34,809 nucleotides of DNA from Novosphingobium sp. (GTDB lineage: Bacteria > Pseudomonadota > Alphaproteobacteria > Sphingomonadales > Sphingomonadaceae): contig JANMQW010000020.1 in assembly GCA_031370725.1 (NCBI GenBank), positions 1-34,809 of the forward strand. Direction: 5' to 3'. Shown here one piece after another: positions 1 to 10,166 of the stretch. The notes under the pieces were generated by a model. The model was not told the origin of the DNA, searched no databases, and worked only from the letters and a program-made list of their open reading frames with translations. Numbering within the stretch: position 1 is the stretch's first letter; each line of letters begins with the position of its first letter. The position numbers were made by a program, and so were the translations under genes.

Positions 1-251
1 TGGCCCGAGGCGAGCGTGGCGTGGCCGCACAGGCGTACCTCGCACGCGGGGGTAAACCAACGCAGCTCCCAATCGGCCGGGCCACTGTGATCGCGGACCA
101 GAAACGCGGTTTCTGCAAACATGTTTTCCGCGCCGATCGCGGCCAGCGCTGCATCCTCAGGCCAGGCTTCGAAGATCATCACTGCCGCCTGGTTGCCCGC
201 GAACGGACGGTCGGCAAAAGCATCGACGTGCCAGTAGGGGACGGTGGTCAT
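1..251 (-). CDS. PhzF/DAP-epimerase-family protein, 5' part only (runs off the window edge)
   Basis: Not in the ORF track. Manual translation from ATG 251 gives MTTVPYWHVDAFADRPFAGNQAAV...AETAF...ELRWFTPACEVRLCGHATLA, with the PhzF signatures VDAF, GN.A.V, ETAF and LRWFTP..EV.LCGHAT. The ATG overlaps the upstream gene's TGA (ATGA). Confidence 0.9.
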   Translation of the reverse strand, partial: MTTVPYWHVDAFADRPFAGNQAAVMIFEAWPEDAALAAIGAENMFAETAFLVRDHSGPADWELRWFTPACEVRLCGHATLASG

Positions 252-1183
252 TTGGGCTTCTCGAGGTTGGCAAATTCGTTGGCTTCGATCAGCGGATTGC
301 CCGGCTCGTCGACGTGGCCCGCTGGATCGATGTGGATGAGCAGTTCGAGATTGGGAAAATGTCGGCACAGCTCGTGTTCGACCCGGTCGATGATCGCATG
401 CGACTGGTCGACCGTCATACTGCCGGGCAAATCGACGTGGAACTGGACGAAGTCGCGCATGCCACTTGTGCGGGTGCGCAGGTCGTGGAGGTGTTCCAGC
501 TCGGGATGACGCGCGGCGATTTCGACGAAGCGCTGGCGCTTTTGCTCGGGCCATTCGCGGTCCATCAGCTGCTCGATCGCGGTTTGCGAAGCGCGCCACG
601 CACCCCACGCCAACCACGCCGCGATGGCCAGCGCGAACACCGGGTCGGCCCCTGCGATCCCGCCGTACTGATCGAGCGCGAGCGCCGCGATGACTGCCAG
701 GTTGAGAAGGATATCGGACTGGTAGTGGACATGGTCGGTGGCGATCGCGATCGACTGCGTCCGCGCAATCACGAAGCGCTGGTAGGCGAGCAGCGCCAGC
801 GTCGCTGCCAGCGCGATAGCCGAGACCAGGATCCCATCCTGCGCCGCCTCAGTCCTTCCGCCCGCGATCCACTGCTGGACGGCGCGAACCGCCAGCCCGA
901 CCGCCGAAATCGAGATCAGCACCACCTGGAACATCGCAGCCAGTGCCTCGGCCTTGCCGTGACCGAAGCGGTGCTCGGCATCGGCGGGCTGTGCGGCAAC
1001 CCACACCCCGGCCAGCGTCGCGAGGCTGGCGACGAGATCGAGCGCGGTATCGGCCAGGCTTCCGAGCATTGCGGTCGAGCCAGTGGCCCACACCGCCCAC
1101 GCCTTTATCCCCAGCAGCAGCAGCGCCACGCTGATCGAGGCGAACGCGGCGCGGATATTGAGCAAGGGGGAAGCCGCCGTCAT
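248..1183 (-). CDS. fieF: Cation diffusion facilitator (FieF/YiiP-like metal efflux transporter)
   Basis: About six hydrophobic segments. Motifs SLADTALD, PADAEHRFGHGKAE, ATDHVHYQSD, and C-terminal LHDLRTR and IHIDP. Start taken at ATG 1183, which overlaps the pdxH stop. Confidence 0.92.
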   Translation of the reverse strand: MTAASPLLNIRAAFASISVALLLLGIKAWAVWATGSTAMLGSLADTALDLVASLATLAGVWVAAQPADAEHRFGHGKAEALAAMFQVVLISISAVGLAVRAVQQWIAGGRTEAAQDGILVSAIALAATLALLAYQRFVIARTQSIAIATDHVHYQSDILLNLAVIAALALDQYGGIAGADPVFALAIAAWLAWGAWRASQTAIEQLMDREWPEQKRQRFVEIAARHPELEHLHDLRTRTSGMRDFVQFHVDLPGSMTVDQSHAIIDRVEHELCRHFPNLELLIHIDPAGHVDEPGNPLIEANEFANLEKPK

Positions 1184-1794
1184 GGATAAAGCAACGTGCT
1201 GGTCCACGGCGCGCTGACATTCGCGCGCACGAACCGGCGGCGTTCGTGGAGACGGTGGTCGCGGTCGATCCACAATTCGATCGCCGTCGGGATCACCCGA
1301 TAGCCCGACCAGTGCGGCGGGCGCGGGACATCGCCTTGGGGATAGCGGGCGCTCAGTTCCTCGACCCGTGCGAGATAGGTCGCGCGGCCGGGCAATGGGC
1401 GCGACTGATCCGAAGCCGCCGAACCCAGCCGCGAAACCGGGTGGCGGCTGGCGAAATAGGCGTCGGCCTCACCCGCGCTGACTTCCTCGACCCGCCCCTC
1501 GACGCGTACCTGACGGCGCAGCGACTTCCAGTGAAACAGCAGCGCGACCTGGCGGTTGGCAGCCAGTTCCAGCCCCTTGCGGCTTTCGAAATTGGTATAG
1601 AACACGAAGCCATCCGGTCCATGACCTTTGAGCAGAACCATCCGCAGCGAAGGCGCGCCATCCGGGGTTGCCGTGGCCAGCGCCATCGCGCCGGGATCGT
1701 TGGGCTCGCTGGCCTGCGCTTCGCTCAGCCAAATAGCGAACAGGGCGAAAGGATCGACGTCGGGGATTGTCTCAGCTTCGGACGAGGTCAGCAT
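1180..1794 (-). CDS. pdxH: Pyridoxine/pyridoxamine 5'-phosphate oxidase
   Basis: Motifs DPFALF..W, AMALAT, RMVLLKG, FYTNFESRKG, RQVRVEG, RPPHWSGYR, RLHERRRF and terminal LYP. Start at ATG 1794 (MLTSSEA). Confidence 0.96.
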   Translation of the reverse strand: MLTSSEAETIPDVDPFALFAIWLSEAQASEPNDPGAMALATATPDGAPSLRMVLLKGHGPDGFVFYTNFESRKGLELAANRQVALLFHWKSLRRQVRVEGRVEEVSAGEADAYFASRHPVSRLGSAASDQSRPLPGRATYLARVEELSARYPQGDVPRPPHWSGYRVIPTAIELWIDRDHRLHERRRFVRANVSAPWTSTLLYP

Positions 1795-1814
1795 GGCAGG
1801 CTTGTTCCAACGAG

Positions 1815-1850
1815 TAGGAGCCAGCGAAGCTGACACGGATTTGGCTCCTA
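1815..1850. repeat. Perfect 9-bp inverted repeat TAGGAGCCA-N18-TGGCTCCTA in the divergent pdxH/J-protein intergenic region
   Basis: Arms read directly at 1815-1823 and 1842-1850. Confidence 0.75.
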
Positions 1851-1874
1851 GCGCGTCGTGCCGATGCAGGAAAG

Positions 1875-1903
1875 CTTGCCGGACGGAGCGGCGCACCCTA
1901 GCT
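1875..1903 (+). promoter_or_regulatory. Putative RpoH (sigma32)-type promoter CTTGCC-N16-CCTAGCT
   Basis: Resembles the alphaproteobacterial heat-shock consensus CTTG..-N15-17-CCTATNT. It ends 8 nt before the J-protein ATG, and there is no Shine-Dalgarno in between. Confidence 0.55.
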
Positions 1904-1911
1904 AGCCGGCC

Positions 1912-2901
1912 ATGGCCGCCGATCCCTATACAATCCTGGGCGTCGCTCGCGGGGCGACCGAAAAGGACGTCAAGTCTGCCTATCGCAAGCTCGCCAAGCA
2001 GCTTCACCCCGATCGCAACACCGGCAAACCCAACGCCGCCGAAAAGTTTTCCGAAGTCACCCAGGCGTACGACCTGCTGTCCGACAAGGACAAACGCGCC
2101 CGCTTCGACCGTGGCGAGATCGACTTCGACGGCAATCCGGCGATGCCGTTCGGGTACGGCGGGGGCGGCGCAGGAGGTCCGGGCGGGGGCTTTCGTGGCA
2201 GCCAGGGCGGCTTCCGCGCACAAGACTTCGAAGGCGGCGCGGGCGCTGACGGCATCGACCTGGGCAACCTGTTCGAAGGCTTGTTTGGCGGTGGCCGTGC
2301 CGGAGTGGGCGGTGGTCCGGGGGGCATGGGCGGCGCAGGAATGGGCGGCGCACGGCGCGGCCCCCCGCCAAAGGGCGCCAACGTCCAGTACCGGTTGCAG
2401 GTGAGCTTTACCGACGCCGCCGCCCGCGCCACCCAGCGAATCACGCTAAGCGACGGCAAGACCATCGACCTCAAGCTACCCGTCGGCGTCGAAAGCGGCA
2501 CGCAAATGCGTCTGGCCGGGCGCGGGGAGCAGGGGGCGGGCGGCGCAGGCGATGCGATCGTGACGATCGAGGTGGGCAACCACCCGTTCTTCCGCCGCGA
2601 CGGCGACAACATCCGGCTCGATCTGCCGATCACTCTCGATGAGGCGCTGCGCGGCAGCAAAGTCCGCGTTCCCACGGTCGAAGGCCCGGTGATGCTGACC
2701 ATTGCGCCGGGCAGCAGCAGCGGCAAGACGCTGCGGCTCAAGGAAAAGGGTTTCTCGGGCAAAGGCGGCGCGCGTGGCGACCAGTTGGTCACGCTCCAGG
2801 TCGAGGTACCCGCAGCCGATACCGATCTCGCCGCCGATCTCGCCAGCCGCCTCGAGGGGTGGCACGACTCTCGGGACCTGCGCGCCAAGCTGGGCGTTTA
2901 G
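1912..2901 (+). CDS. Class B J-domain co-chaperone (DnaJ/CbpA-like, no zinc finger)
   Basis: DPYTILGV...HPD J-domain, a G/F-rich linker and a DnaJ C-terminal domain (LRLKEKG..GDQLV). No CxxCxGxG repeats. Confidence 0.93.
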   Translation: MAADPYTILGVARGATEKDVKSAYRKLAKQLHPDRNTGKPNAAEKFSEVTQAYDLLSDKDKRARFDRGEIDFDGNPAMPFGYGGGGAGGPGGGFRGSQGGFRAQDFEGGAGADGIDLGNLFEGLFGGGRAGVGGGPGGMGGAGMGGARRGPPPKGANVQYRLQVSFTDAAARATQRITLSDGKTIDLKLPVGVESGTQMRLAGRGEQGAGGAGDAIVTIEVGNHPFFRRDGDNIRLDLPITLDEALRGSKVRVPTVEGPVMLTIAPGSSSGKTLRLKEKGFSGKGGARGDQLVTLQVEVPAADTDLAADLASRLEGWHDSRDLRAKLGV

Positions 2902-2907
2902 CCCTTC

Positions 2908-3957
2908 GTGCCGGACCTCACACCTTCTCTCCCCCCCGGCGCCAAGCCGCTGGTGGAAATGCCCGATCTTTCGCCCGAAGCACGCCGCAAAGAGGCGCTT
3001 CGTTGGCGCGCGGGGCTTCAAGAACGTGCCCGCCACCGCTTCGGGCCGGGAAGCCGGTTTCTCGAGATCGTCAAGCGTGTCGCCACCGGGTCGTACAACG
3101 ACGGCTTCATCCATGCGGGTAATCTTGCCTACATGGCCATCCTTTCGCTGTTTCCGTTCTTCATCACCGTCGCCGCAATCTTTTCGCTGGTGGGCGAGGA
3201 AAGCCAGCGCGCCGCCTCGATCAACGCCTTTCTTCTGGCGGTACCGCCGGTGGTCGCCAATGCAATCGAACCGGTCGCGCGCGGGGTCATCGCCGCGCGA
3301 TCGGGCTGGCTGTTGTGGATCGGCGGGTTGGTGGGCCTGTGGACCGTGGGAAGCCTGGTTGAAACCATCCGCGACGTGCTGCGCCGCGCCTATGGCACGC
3401 ACTGGGAGCACGCCTTCTGGCGCTATCGCCTCGCCTCGACCGGGGTGATCGTGGCAGCGGTGGTGCTGCTGCTGGTGAGCCTGGCGGTGCAGGTGCTGAT
3501 CGGCACCGCGCAGGAAGTAATCGCGGCGTGGTTTCCGCGGCTGGTCGACGTGATCGACCAGCTGGCGCTCTCGCGCTTTATCCCCGCGCTGGGGCTTTAT
3601 CTGTCGATCTACCTGTTGTTTCTGTCGTTGACCCCGGGCGCCTACCGCAAGCGGCGTTATCCCAAGTGGCCGGGCGCGCTGCTGGTCACCGTATGGTGGG
3701 TAGCGGTGACCATCGCTCTGCCTGCAGTCCTGCGCAGTTTCTTCAGCTATGATCTGACTTACGGCAGCCTGGCCGGGATCATGATCGTGCTTTTCTTTTT
3801 CTGGCTGGTCGGCTTAGGGATGGTGGTCGGAGCCGAACTGAACGCCGCGCTGACCGAGACCCCGGAAGAGCGCGACATGGTCGGGCAGGGCGATAACAGG
3901 GCCCGCTCGGGGCGCGCGCGCGAACCTATAAACGACGACGGAGAAGCGACCGCATGA
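2908..3957 (+). CDS. yihY: YihY/virulence factor BrkB family membrane protein
   Basis: Motifs AGNLAYMAILSLFPF, YDLTYGSLAG and GAELNA, with multiple TM segments. The start may be ATG 2959. Confidence 0.88.
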   Translation: MPDLTPSLPPGAKPLVEMPDLSPEARRKEALRWRAGLQERARHRFGPGSRFLEIVKRVATGSYNDGFIHAGNLAYMAILSLFPFFITVAAIFSLVGEESQRAASINAFLLAVPPVVANAIEPVARGVIAARSGWLLWIGGLVGLWTVGSLVETIRDVLRRAYGTHWEHAFWRYRLASTGVIVAAVVLLLVSLAVQVLIGTAQEVIAAWFPRLVDVIDQLALSRFIPALGLYLSIYLLFLSLTPGAYRKRRYPKWPGALLVTVWWVAVTIALPAVLRSFFSYDLTYGSLAGIMIVLFFFWLVGLGMVVGAELNAALTETPEERDMVGQGDNRARSGRAREPINDDGEATA

Positions 3958-4820
3958 CCGTGCAGGCGACGAATTCGATGCCCCCGCTGATGAGCGGCAA
4001 ACGCGGGCTGGTCATGGGCCTGGCCAACGACAAGTCGCTGGCCTGGGGGATTGCCAAGGCGCTCCATGCCGCGGGCGCCGAGCTGGCGTTCAGTTATCAG
4101 GGCGATGTCATGGAAAAGCGGGTCCGCCCGCTGGCCGGGCAGTTGCTCAACCCCGGCGACAGCGAGCCGTTTCTGCTGAACTGCGACGTTTCGACCGAGG
4201 CGCAGCTCGACACCACCTTCGCCGCGCTGGCGGCACGCTGGCCGACGATCGACTTTGTCGTCCACGCGATCGGCTTTACCAACAAGGAAGCCCTGCGCGG
4301 GGCGTATTGCGACGTCGGACTTGACGATTTTCTGATGACGATGAACATCAGCGTCTACAGCTTCACCGCCGTGGCCCGGCGCGCCGCTGCGATGATGCCC
4401 GCGTTCGATCCCGAAACCGGCAAGGGCGGCGGCGCGCTGCTGACACTCAGCTATTATGGCGCAGAAAAAGTGATCCCGCACTACAACGTGATGGGGGTTG
4501 CCAAGGCTGCACTCGAAGCCAGCGTCAAGTACCTGGCCAACGACTTCGGCCCCCGCGCGATCCGGGTCAACGCGATCTCGGCCGGGCCGATCAAGACCCT
4601 GGCCGCATCGGGCATCGGCGATTTCCGCTACATCCTGAAATGGAACGAATACAATTCGCCGCTGCGCCGCAACGTGACGATCGACGATGTCGGCGGCTCG
4701 GCGCTGTACCTGCTGTCCGACCTGTCGGTGGGGGTGACTGGCGAGACCCATCATGTCGATGCCGGGTATCACACCATCGGGATGAAGCAGGAAGATGCGC
4801 CGGATATCGCGCTGGCCTGA
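3954..4820 (+). CDS. fabI: Enoyl-ACP reductase FabI
   Basis: Motifs GKRGLVMGLANDKSLAWGIA, YNVMGVAKAALE, RVNAISAGPIKTLAA and HVDAG. Confidence 0.97.
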   Translation: MTVQATNSMPPLMSGKRGLVMGLANDKSLAWGIAKALHAAGAELAFSYQGDVMEKRVRPLAGQLLNPGDSEPFLLNCDVSTEAQLDTTFAALAARWPTIDFVVHAIGFTNKEALRGAYCDVGLDDFLMTMNISVYSFTAVARRAAAMMPAFDPETGKGGGALLTLSYYGAEKVIPHYNVMGVAKAALEASVKYLANDFGPRAIRVNAISAGPIKTLAASGIGDFRYILKWNEYNSPLRRNVTIDDVGGSALYLLSDLSVGVTGETHHVDAGYHTIGMKQEDAPDIALA

Positions 4821-4925
4821 GGCCAGCCAGATGCGTCGAATGAGGGTGGACGGCGGGAGGAATGGCCAATATGGCCCCCGCGGTCGCCGGACCGGCACCC
4901 CGGCCGGACGACGCTTGAGCAAACC

Positions 4926-5888
4926 ATGGTCGTCGATTTCATTTTTTCCCCCATCCTGCCGTTGTGCGCGGCATCGTTCGCCGCCACCGCGTTGCTGACC
5001 CGCTTTGCCTGGCCGGTAAGCGAGCGGCTGGGGCTGATCGACGAGCCCGACGCGCGCAAGCAGCACGCTCACGCCACCCCGCTGCTGGGCGGGCCGGCAC
5101 TTATCGGGATCATCCTGCCGCTGGCGCTGCTGGCTACCTGGCTCTCGCCAGTCAGCTCGGAAATCTCACTGCTCCACCTCGCGGTCGCCACTGCCGGGGT
5201 CGCGCTGGTCGGGATCTTCGACGATCGTCGTCCGATCAGCGCCCGGATGAGGGTTGGGCTGGCGTTTGTGCTGTTTGGCGGGCTGGCGCTGTTCAACAAC
5301 GCATTTCTGGTGAGGCGGCTGGTATTTCCGCTGCTCGGCCTTCAATTCGGGCTCTATTACGAATGGCTCGCGCTGCTGTTCACGGTGGTGTGCTGCGTCG
5401 GGTTGGTCAACGCGGTCAACATGGCCGACGGCAAGAATGGCCTGGTGCTGGGACTGTGCATCGGCTGGCTGGGACTGATTATGGCCCGATCGACCGCGGG
5501 CGACATCCCGTTCATGGCGGTGATGCTGGCGGGACTGGTCTCGCTGCTGGTGATGAACCTGCGTGGCCGGCTGTTTCTGGGTGACGGCGGGGCCTATGGT
5601 CTGGCCGCGGCGATCGGTCTTCTGACGATCCGATCTTACAGTTCGCACCTCGCGGATCCCTCCACTGGGCTCAGCGCCGAAGTCGTGGTGATGTTGTTCT
5701 TCGTCCCGGTGTTTGACAGCTTCCGCCTGACCGTCGTGCGGGCGGCGCGCGGCCAGTCACCGATGGCTGGCGACCGCGATCATCTGCACCATCACTTGCA
5801 GAACCGCTTGGGCTGGCCGAACGGGCTGTATCTCTATCTGCTGATGGCGCTGGCGCCCGCGGCTTTGGCCGAAGCGTTCCTGCTGTGA
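4926..5888 (+). CDS. wecA: WecA/MraY-family (PNPT) undecaprenyl-phosphate HexNAc-1-phosphate transferase, the initiating enzyme
   Basis: Motifs D.P.ARKQH...[28 protein letters not shown] and DRDHLHHHL, with many TM helices. Confidence 0.85.
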   Translation: MVVDFIFSPILPLCAASFAATALLTRFAWPVSERLGLIDEPDARKQHAHATPLLGGPALIGIILPLALLATWLSPVSSEISLLHLAVATAGVALVGIFDDRRPISARMRVGLAFVLFGGLALFNNAFLVRRLVFPLLGLQFGLYYEWLALLFTVVCCVGLVNAVNMADGKNGLVLGLCIGWLGLIMARSTAGDIPFMAVMLAGLVSLLVMNLRGRLFLGDGGAYGLAAAIGLLTIRSYSSHLADPSTGLSAEVVVMLFFVPVFDSFRLTVVRAARGQSPMAGDRDHLHHHLQNRLGWPNGLYLYLLMALAPAALAEAFLL

Positions 5889-5916
5889 GCCGCAAATCCC
5901 ATACCAAGGATCCACG

Positions 5917-6984
5917 ATGACCAAACCCAAGACCGCACTGATTACCGGAGTGACCGGACAGGACGGGGCCTATCTGTCGCACCTGTTGCTGGAAAAGGGC
6001 TATCAGGTCCACGGGGTCAAGCGCCGCTCGTCATCGTTCAACACCGGGCGGATCGAGGACATTTATCAGGATCCGCACATCCCCGATGGCAATTTCGCGC
6101 TGCATTATGGCGACCTGACCGACAGCACCAACCTGATCCGGATCATCCAGGAAACCCAGCCCGACGAGGTCTACAACCTGGCCGCGCAAAGCCATGTCCA
6201 GGTCAGTTTCGAGACCCCCGAATACACCGCCAACTCCGACGCAATCGGCACGCTGCGGTTGCTCGAGGCGATCCGCATCCTCAAGCTGGAGGACACTTGC
6301 CGGTTCTATCAGGCATCGACCAGCGAGCTTTACGGCCTCGTCCAGGAAGTGCCGCAAAAGGAAACCACGCCGTTCTATCCGCGCAGCCCCTATGCCGCGG
6401 CCAAGCTCTATGCCTACTGGATCACGGTCAACTACCGCGAAGCCTACGGCATGCACGCCTCCAACGGCATCCTGTTCAACCACGAAAGCCCGCTGCGCGG
6501 CGAGACCTTCGTCACCCGCAAGATCAGCCGCGCCGCCGCCGCGATCAAGCTTGGGCGGCAGGAGAAGCTCTACCTCGGCAACCTCGATGCCAAGCGCGAT
6601 TGGGGCCATGCCCGCGAATACGTGCGAGGGATGTGGCTGATGGTCCAGCAGGACCAGCCCGACGACTATGTCCTTGCCACCGGGGTGACGATCGCGGTTC
6701 GCGAATTCGTCGAATGGTGTTTCGCCGAAGTCGGGATCAACCTTTCCTGGGAGGGTGAGGGAATTGCCGAGCAAGGCATCTGCCAGGCCACCGGTAAAGT
6801 TCTGGTCGCGGTCGATCCGCGCTATTTCCGTCCTACCGAGGTCGAACTGCTGATCGGCGATGCGACCAAGGCATTCGAAAAGCTGGGTTGGAAGCACGAG
6901 ACCAGCTCGCGCCAGTTGGCCGCTGAGATGGTCGCTGCCGATCTCCTGACGATGCGCGATGCCCCGCTCGGGCAGGGTGCATGA
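5917..6984 (+). CDS. gmd: GDP-mannose 4,6-dehydratase
   Basis: Motifs [41 protein letters not shown] and [20 protein letters not shown]. Confidence 0.98.
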   Translation: MTKPKTALITGVTGQDGAYLSHLLLEKGYQVHGVKRRSSSFNTGRIEDIYQDPHIPDGNFALHYGDLTDSTNLIRIIQETQPDEVYNLAAQSHVQVSFETPEYTANSDAIGTLRLLEAIRILKLEDTCRFYQASTSELYGLVQEVPQKETTPFYPRSPYAAAKLYAYWITVNYREAYGMHASNGILFNHESPLRGETFVTRKISRAAAAIKLGRQEKLYLGNLDAKRDWGHAREYVRGMWLMVQQDQPDDYVLATGVTIAVREFVEWCFAEVGINLSWEGEGIAEQGICQATGKVLVAVDPRYFRPTEVELLIGDATKAFEKLGWKHETSSRQLAAEMVAADLLTMRDAPLGQGA

Positions 6985-7925
6985 ATTTCGACTTCACCGA
7001 CAAGAAAGTGTGGGTCGCAGGACACCGCGGCATGGTCGGCAGCGCGGTGGTGCGCCGTCTTGCCACAGAACCGTGCCACATCGTCACCGCGGGCCGCGAC
7101 ACGCTCGACTTGCGCGATCAGCGCGCGGTGTTCGCCTGGCTGGAGGCAGAGCGCCCGGACCTGGCGATCGTTGCTGCGGCACGGGTCGGCGGAATCCACG
7201 CCAACGACACGTATCCGGCTGAGTTCCTGTATGACAACCTGGTGATCGAGGCGAACGTGATCGAAGGCGCGCGCCGCTCAGGGGTGACCAAGCTGCTGTT
7301 CCTCGGCTCGTCTTGCATCTACCCCAAGCTCGCCCCTCAGCCGATCCCCGAGGACGCGCTGCTCACCGGGCCGCTCGAGCCGACCAACGAGTGGTACGCG
7401 ATCGCCAAGATCGCCGGGATCAAGCTGGGCCAGGCCTATCGCCGCCAATACGCGATGGACTGCATCTCGGCGATGCCGACCAACCTGTATGGCCGGGGCG
7501 ACAACTATCACCTTGCCAACAGTCACGTCGTGCCAGCGCTGATCCGCAAGGCGCATGAGGCCAAGCTGGCGGGGGCCGAACAGATCGAAGTGTGGGGTAG
7601 CGGCTCGCCGTTGCGCGAGTTCCTGCACGTTGACGACCTCGCCGACGCGGTCGTATTCCTTGCGCGCAGCTATTCCCAGGATGAGCACATCAATGTCGGC
7701 TCGGGGATGGAGGTCACCATCCGCGATCTGGCCGAGATGGTCTGCCGCGTGGTCGGGTTCGAAGGACGCCTGGTGTGGGATGCGAGCAAGCCCGACGGGA
7801 CCCCGCGCAAGCTGATGGACTCCGGCCGCCTCGCCGCGCTCGGCTGGACCGCGAAGATCGGGCTAGAGGAAGGTCTGAGCCGGACTTACGCCGATTTCCT
7901 GGCGCACGAAGTGCGCGAGCGATGA
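6981..7925 (+). CDS. fcl: GDP-L-fucose synthase (epimerase/reductase)
   Basis: Motifs [50 protein letters not shown] and KPDGTPRK. Translationally coupled to gmd. Confidence 0.97.
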   Translation: MNFDFTDKKVWVAGHRGMVGSAVVRRLATEPCHIVTAGRDTLDLRDQRAVFAWLEAERPDLAIVAAARVGGIHANDTYPAEFLYDNLVIEANVIEGARRSGVTKLLFLGSSCIYPKLAPQPIPEDALLTGPLEPTNEWYAIAKIAGIKLGQAYRRQYAMDCISAMPTNLYGRGDNYHLANSHVVPALIRKAHEAKLAGAEQIEVWGSGSPLREFLHVDDLADAVVFLARSYSQDEHINVGSGMEVTIRDLAEMVCRVVGFEGRLVWDASKPDGTPRKLMDSGRLAALGWTAKIGLEEGLSRTYADFLAHEVRER

Positions 7926-9349
7926 ACCGCCGAACGACTGCCTCGATCCACCCAAGCCGAGCGCAATTCGACCGGCGCCGCCTGACCATGTTCATCGCCT
8001 TTGTCGTGGTCGTCTGCGCCATGGGCGGCGGCGCGCGCGACGATCTCCAGTCGCTATTGTTCCTACGCCCGGCTGCGGTGGGGTTTGGTGCCTGGGCCTT
8101 GCTGGTTGCCGCGCCCGGCGATTTGAAGTCGGTGCGCACCCCGCTCGCGCTATTGCTCGCGCTGCTGGCGCTGATCGCCGCGCAACTCGTCCCGCTCCCA
8201 TCCGCTCTGTGGCACGCCCTGCCAGGGCGCGAGGGTATTACCCGGCGCGATGCGCTGGTCGGGCTGGGCGAGTTGTGGCGGCCGTTAAGCCTGTCGCCGT
8301 CCAAAACCTGGAATTCGCTGGTTTCGCTGGTTGTCCCGCTAGCCGCATTACTCGTCGCGGCGACCCAGCCCGCCGGGCATCGCATTCGGATGGTCGAAAC
8401 GATCCTGATCGCTGCGACGGTCAGCGCCGTCCTCGGACTGGCCCAGGTTCTGGGACCCTCCGACGGCCCGCTTTATCTCTATTCGATCACCAATCAGGAT
8501 ACCGCTGTCGGTCTGTTCGCCAACCGCAATCATCATGCCGCCTTTCTCGCAGCGACATTTCCCCTGCTTGGGTGGTATTTCCTGTTCGCGGTGCGCAGCG
8601 AGTTGCTCTTGTCGCGGCCATGGGTGGCCGGTGTAGCGGTTTCCGTCGGCTTGTGGGTTGTGGTCGAGGCAATGACCGGATCGCGGGCGGGACTGGTGCT
8701 GTTCGCGCTGGCCATGGGGATCGTCTTTTTCCTGTTCCTCGCCGCGGTGAGGCAGGGACGGTTTGCGCACGACCGGCATAAGCTAATCCCGTTTTCGTTG
8801 GCCAGGGTGAGGATCGGACTGGGGCTGGGGGTGGTCGCTGCGATGGCGGTGACGGTTTGGATCGTGCCCAGTCTGCCCGCCTATCAACGCTTTGGCGCCG
8901 ACGAATACGCCGTCGATATGCGCTTTACCGCCGCGCCGACGGTGTTTCGCATGGCGCTCGATGCGTTCCCGGCCGGGATCGGGTTTGGCGCGTTCGAGCA
9001 TGTGTTCAAGGCCTATGAGCCGGATGCGCTGCTCAAGGCCTCGTACTTCAACCAGGCCCATGACGATTTTCTCCAGCTTGCGGTCGAAGCCGGGTTGCCG
9101 GGCCTGATCCTGCTTGGTCTGGCGACGGTGTTCCTGCTCAGGCGCCTGCGCGTGCTGCTTCCGTGGCTGCGCCGTTCGGGGCCCGATGCCTGGCTGGCGG
9201 CGACCAGCCTTGCCTCGCTCGGCCTGCTCGCGCTGGCGAGCGCGACGGATTACCCGCTGCGGGCGCCATCGATGATGGCGTTCGCGATCTTTCTGGTGGC
9301 ATTCTCTCTCTCTCCCTCGCAGCCGCAGCAAAGCGACAAGCGGCGTTGA
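7922..9349 (+). CDS. O-antigen ligase (Wzy_C/WaaL-like) family membrane protein
   Basis: Polytopic protein with [22 protein letters not shown] and [17 protein letters not shown]. Start at ATG 7922, which overlaps the fcl stop. Confidence 0.85.
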   Translation: MNRRTTASIHPSRAQFDRRRLTMFIAFVVVVCAMGGGARDDLQSLLFLRPAAVGFGAWALLVAAPGDLKSVRTPLALLLALLALIAAQLVPLPSALWHALPGREGITRRDALVGLGELWRPLSLSPSKTWNSLVSLVVPLAALLVAATQPAGHRIRMVETILIAATVSAVLGLAQVLGPSDGPLYLYSITNQDTAVGLFANRNHHAAFLAATFPLLGWYFLFAVRSELLLSRPWVAGVAVSVGLWVVVEAMTGSRAGLVLFALAMGIVFFLFLAAVRQGRFAHDRHKLIPFSLARVRIGLGLGVVAAMAVTVWIVPSLPAYQRFGADEYAVDMRFTAAPTVFRMALDAFPAGIGFGAFEHVFKAYEPDALLKASYFNQAHDDFLQLAVEAGLPGLILLGLATVFLLRRLRVLLPWLRRSGPDAWLAATSLASLGLLALASATDYPLRAPSMMAFAIFLVAFSLSPSQPQQSDKRR

Positions 9350-9419
9350 GTCTGCCGGTACTATCGGATAACGCCTGCCACGCTGGGCACCCTCACGACT
9401 TGTTTTCGGGAAAATACCT

Positions 9420-10166
9420 TTGAGAAATCGTAATTTTGTCAGCCTTGCGGGAGCCTTGATGGTCGTGCTGGGCTTGTTGGGCGGGTGCGCCGGAAAGATT
9501 AAGCCGATTGGTGGAGCCGCCTCGGTGGTTCCCGTTCAGACCGAGGCCATGCCCCAGCCGAGCCAGGCTTCGGCCGGCGGTCCGGGCCAGTTCCAGCTCC
9601 AGGCGTTCGACAAGCTGCGGATCGAAGTGTTCGGGGTCGAAACCCTCCAGCGCACCGTTTCGGTCGATGGCGACGGGCGGTTTTCGTTTCCGCTAGTCGG
9701 CCAGTTGCAGGCCTCGGGCAAAACCCCGGCCGAGCTTGGCGGAGAAATCGAGCAGGCCTTGCGCGGCGCCAACTACGTTCGCAATCCCGATGTCACGGTT
9801 ACGATCCTCGAAACTCCAGGCCGGACGGTGGCGGTGGACGGACAGGTCAACCGTCCGGGAGAGTTCCCGGTGCTGCCCAATGCCACTCTGATGCGCGCCG
9901 TCGCGCTGGCCGGCGGGGCTAGCAAAGACGCCCGCATCGACGACGTGGTGCTGTTCCGCAACATTGGCGACAAGCACTACGTCGGGCTCTACAACCTCGG
10001 GGCGATCCGCCGCGGCGGCTATCCCGATCCCCAGATCTTCAGCGGTGACATCGTGGTTGTCGGAGAATCGAAGCAGAGGCGCATGCTGGAACAGCTTCTT
10101 CAGGCCGTCCCGCTGTTGACCACGCCGCTCATTTTGCTCTTGCAAAATTCGGGGTCCGGGAAGTGA
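9420..10166 (+). CDS. wza: Polysaccharide export outer-membrane lipoprotein (OPX/Wza)
   Basis: Lipobox LGGC, poly_export motif D.L.I.VFG...VDGDG..SFPLVG, and an SLBB domain (V.GQVNRPG.F). Confidence 0.9.
   Translation: MRNRNFVSLAGALMVVLGLLGGCAGKIKPIGGAASVVPVQTEAMPQPSQASAGGPGQFQLQAFDKLRIEVFGVETLQRTVSVDGDGRFSFPLVGQLQASGKTPAELGGEIEQALRGANYVRNPDVTVTILETPGRTVAVDGQVNRPGEFPVLPNATLMRAVALAGGASKDARIDDVVLFRNIGDKHYVGLYNLGAIRRGGYPDPQIFSGDIVVVGESKQRRMLEQLLQAVPLLTTPLILLLQNSGSGK

Noticed and set aside
21-509. 162-aa + strand ORF
   Set aside because: It is antisense to the PhzF-family gene and fieF, which carry clear motifs.
1815-1850. CIRCE/HrcA operator before the J-protein gene
   Set aside because: Neither the arm sequence nor the spacer length matches CIRCE.
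2908-2976. Duplicated peptide MPDLTP/MPDLSP and a C7 run at the yihY start
   Set aside because: Too short to argue for duplication or phase variation, and it may lie upstream of the true start.
7775-7921. N-terminal extensions in the ORF track (also 1795-2223, 14860-15030, 25592-25726, 30426-30566)
   Set aside because: They overlap neighbouring genes or leaders. Downstream starts with stop/start coupling, an SD or typical protein length fit better.
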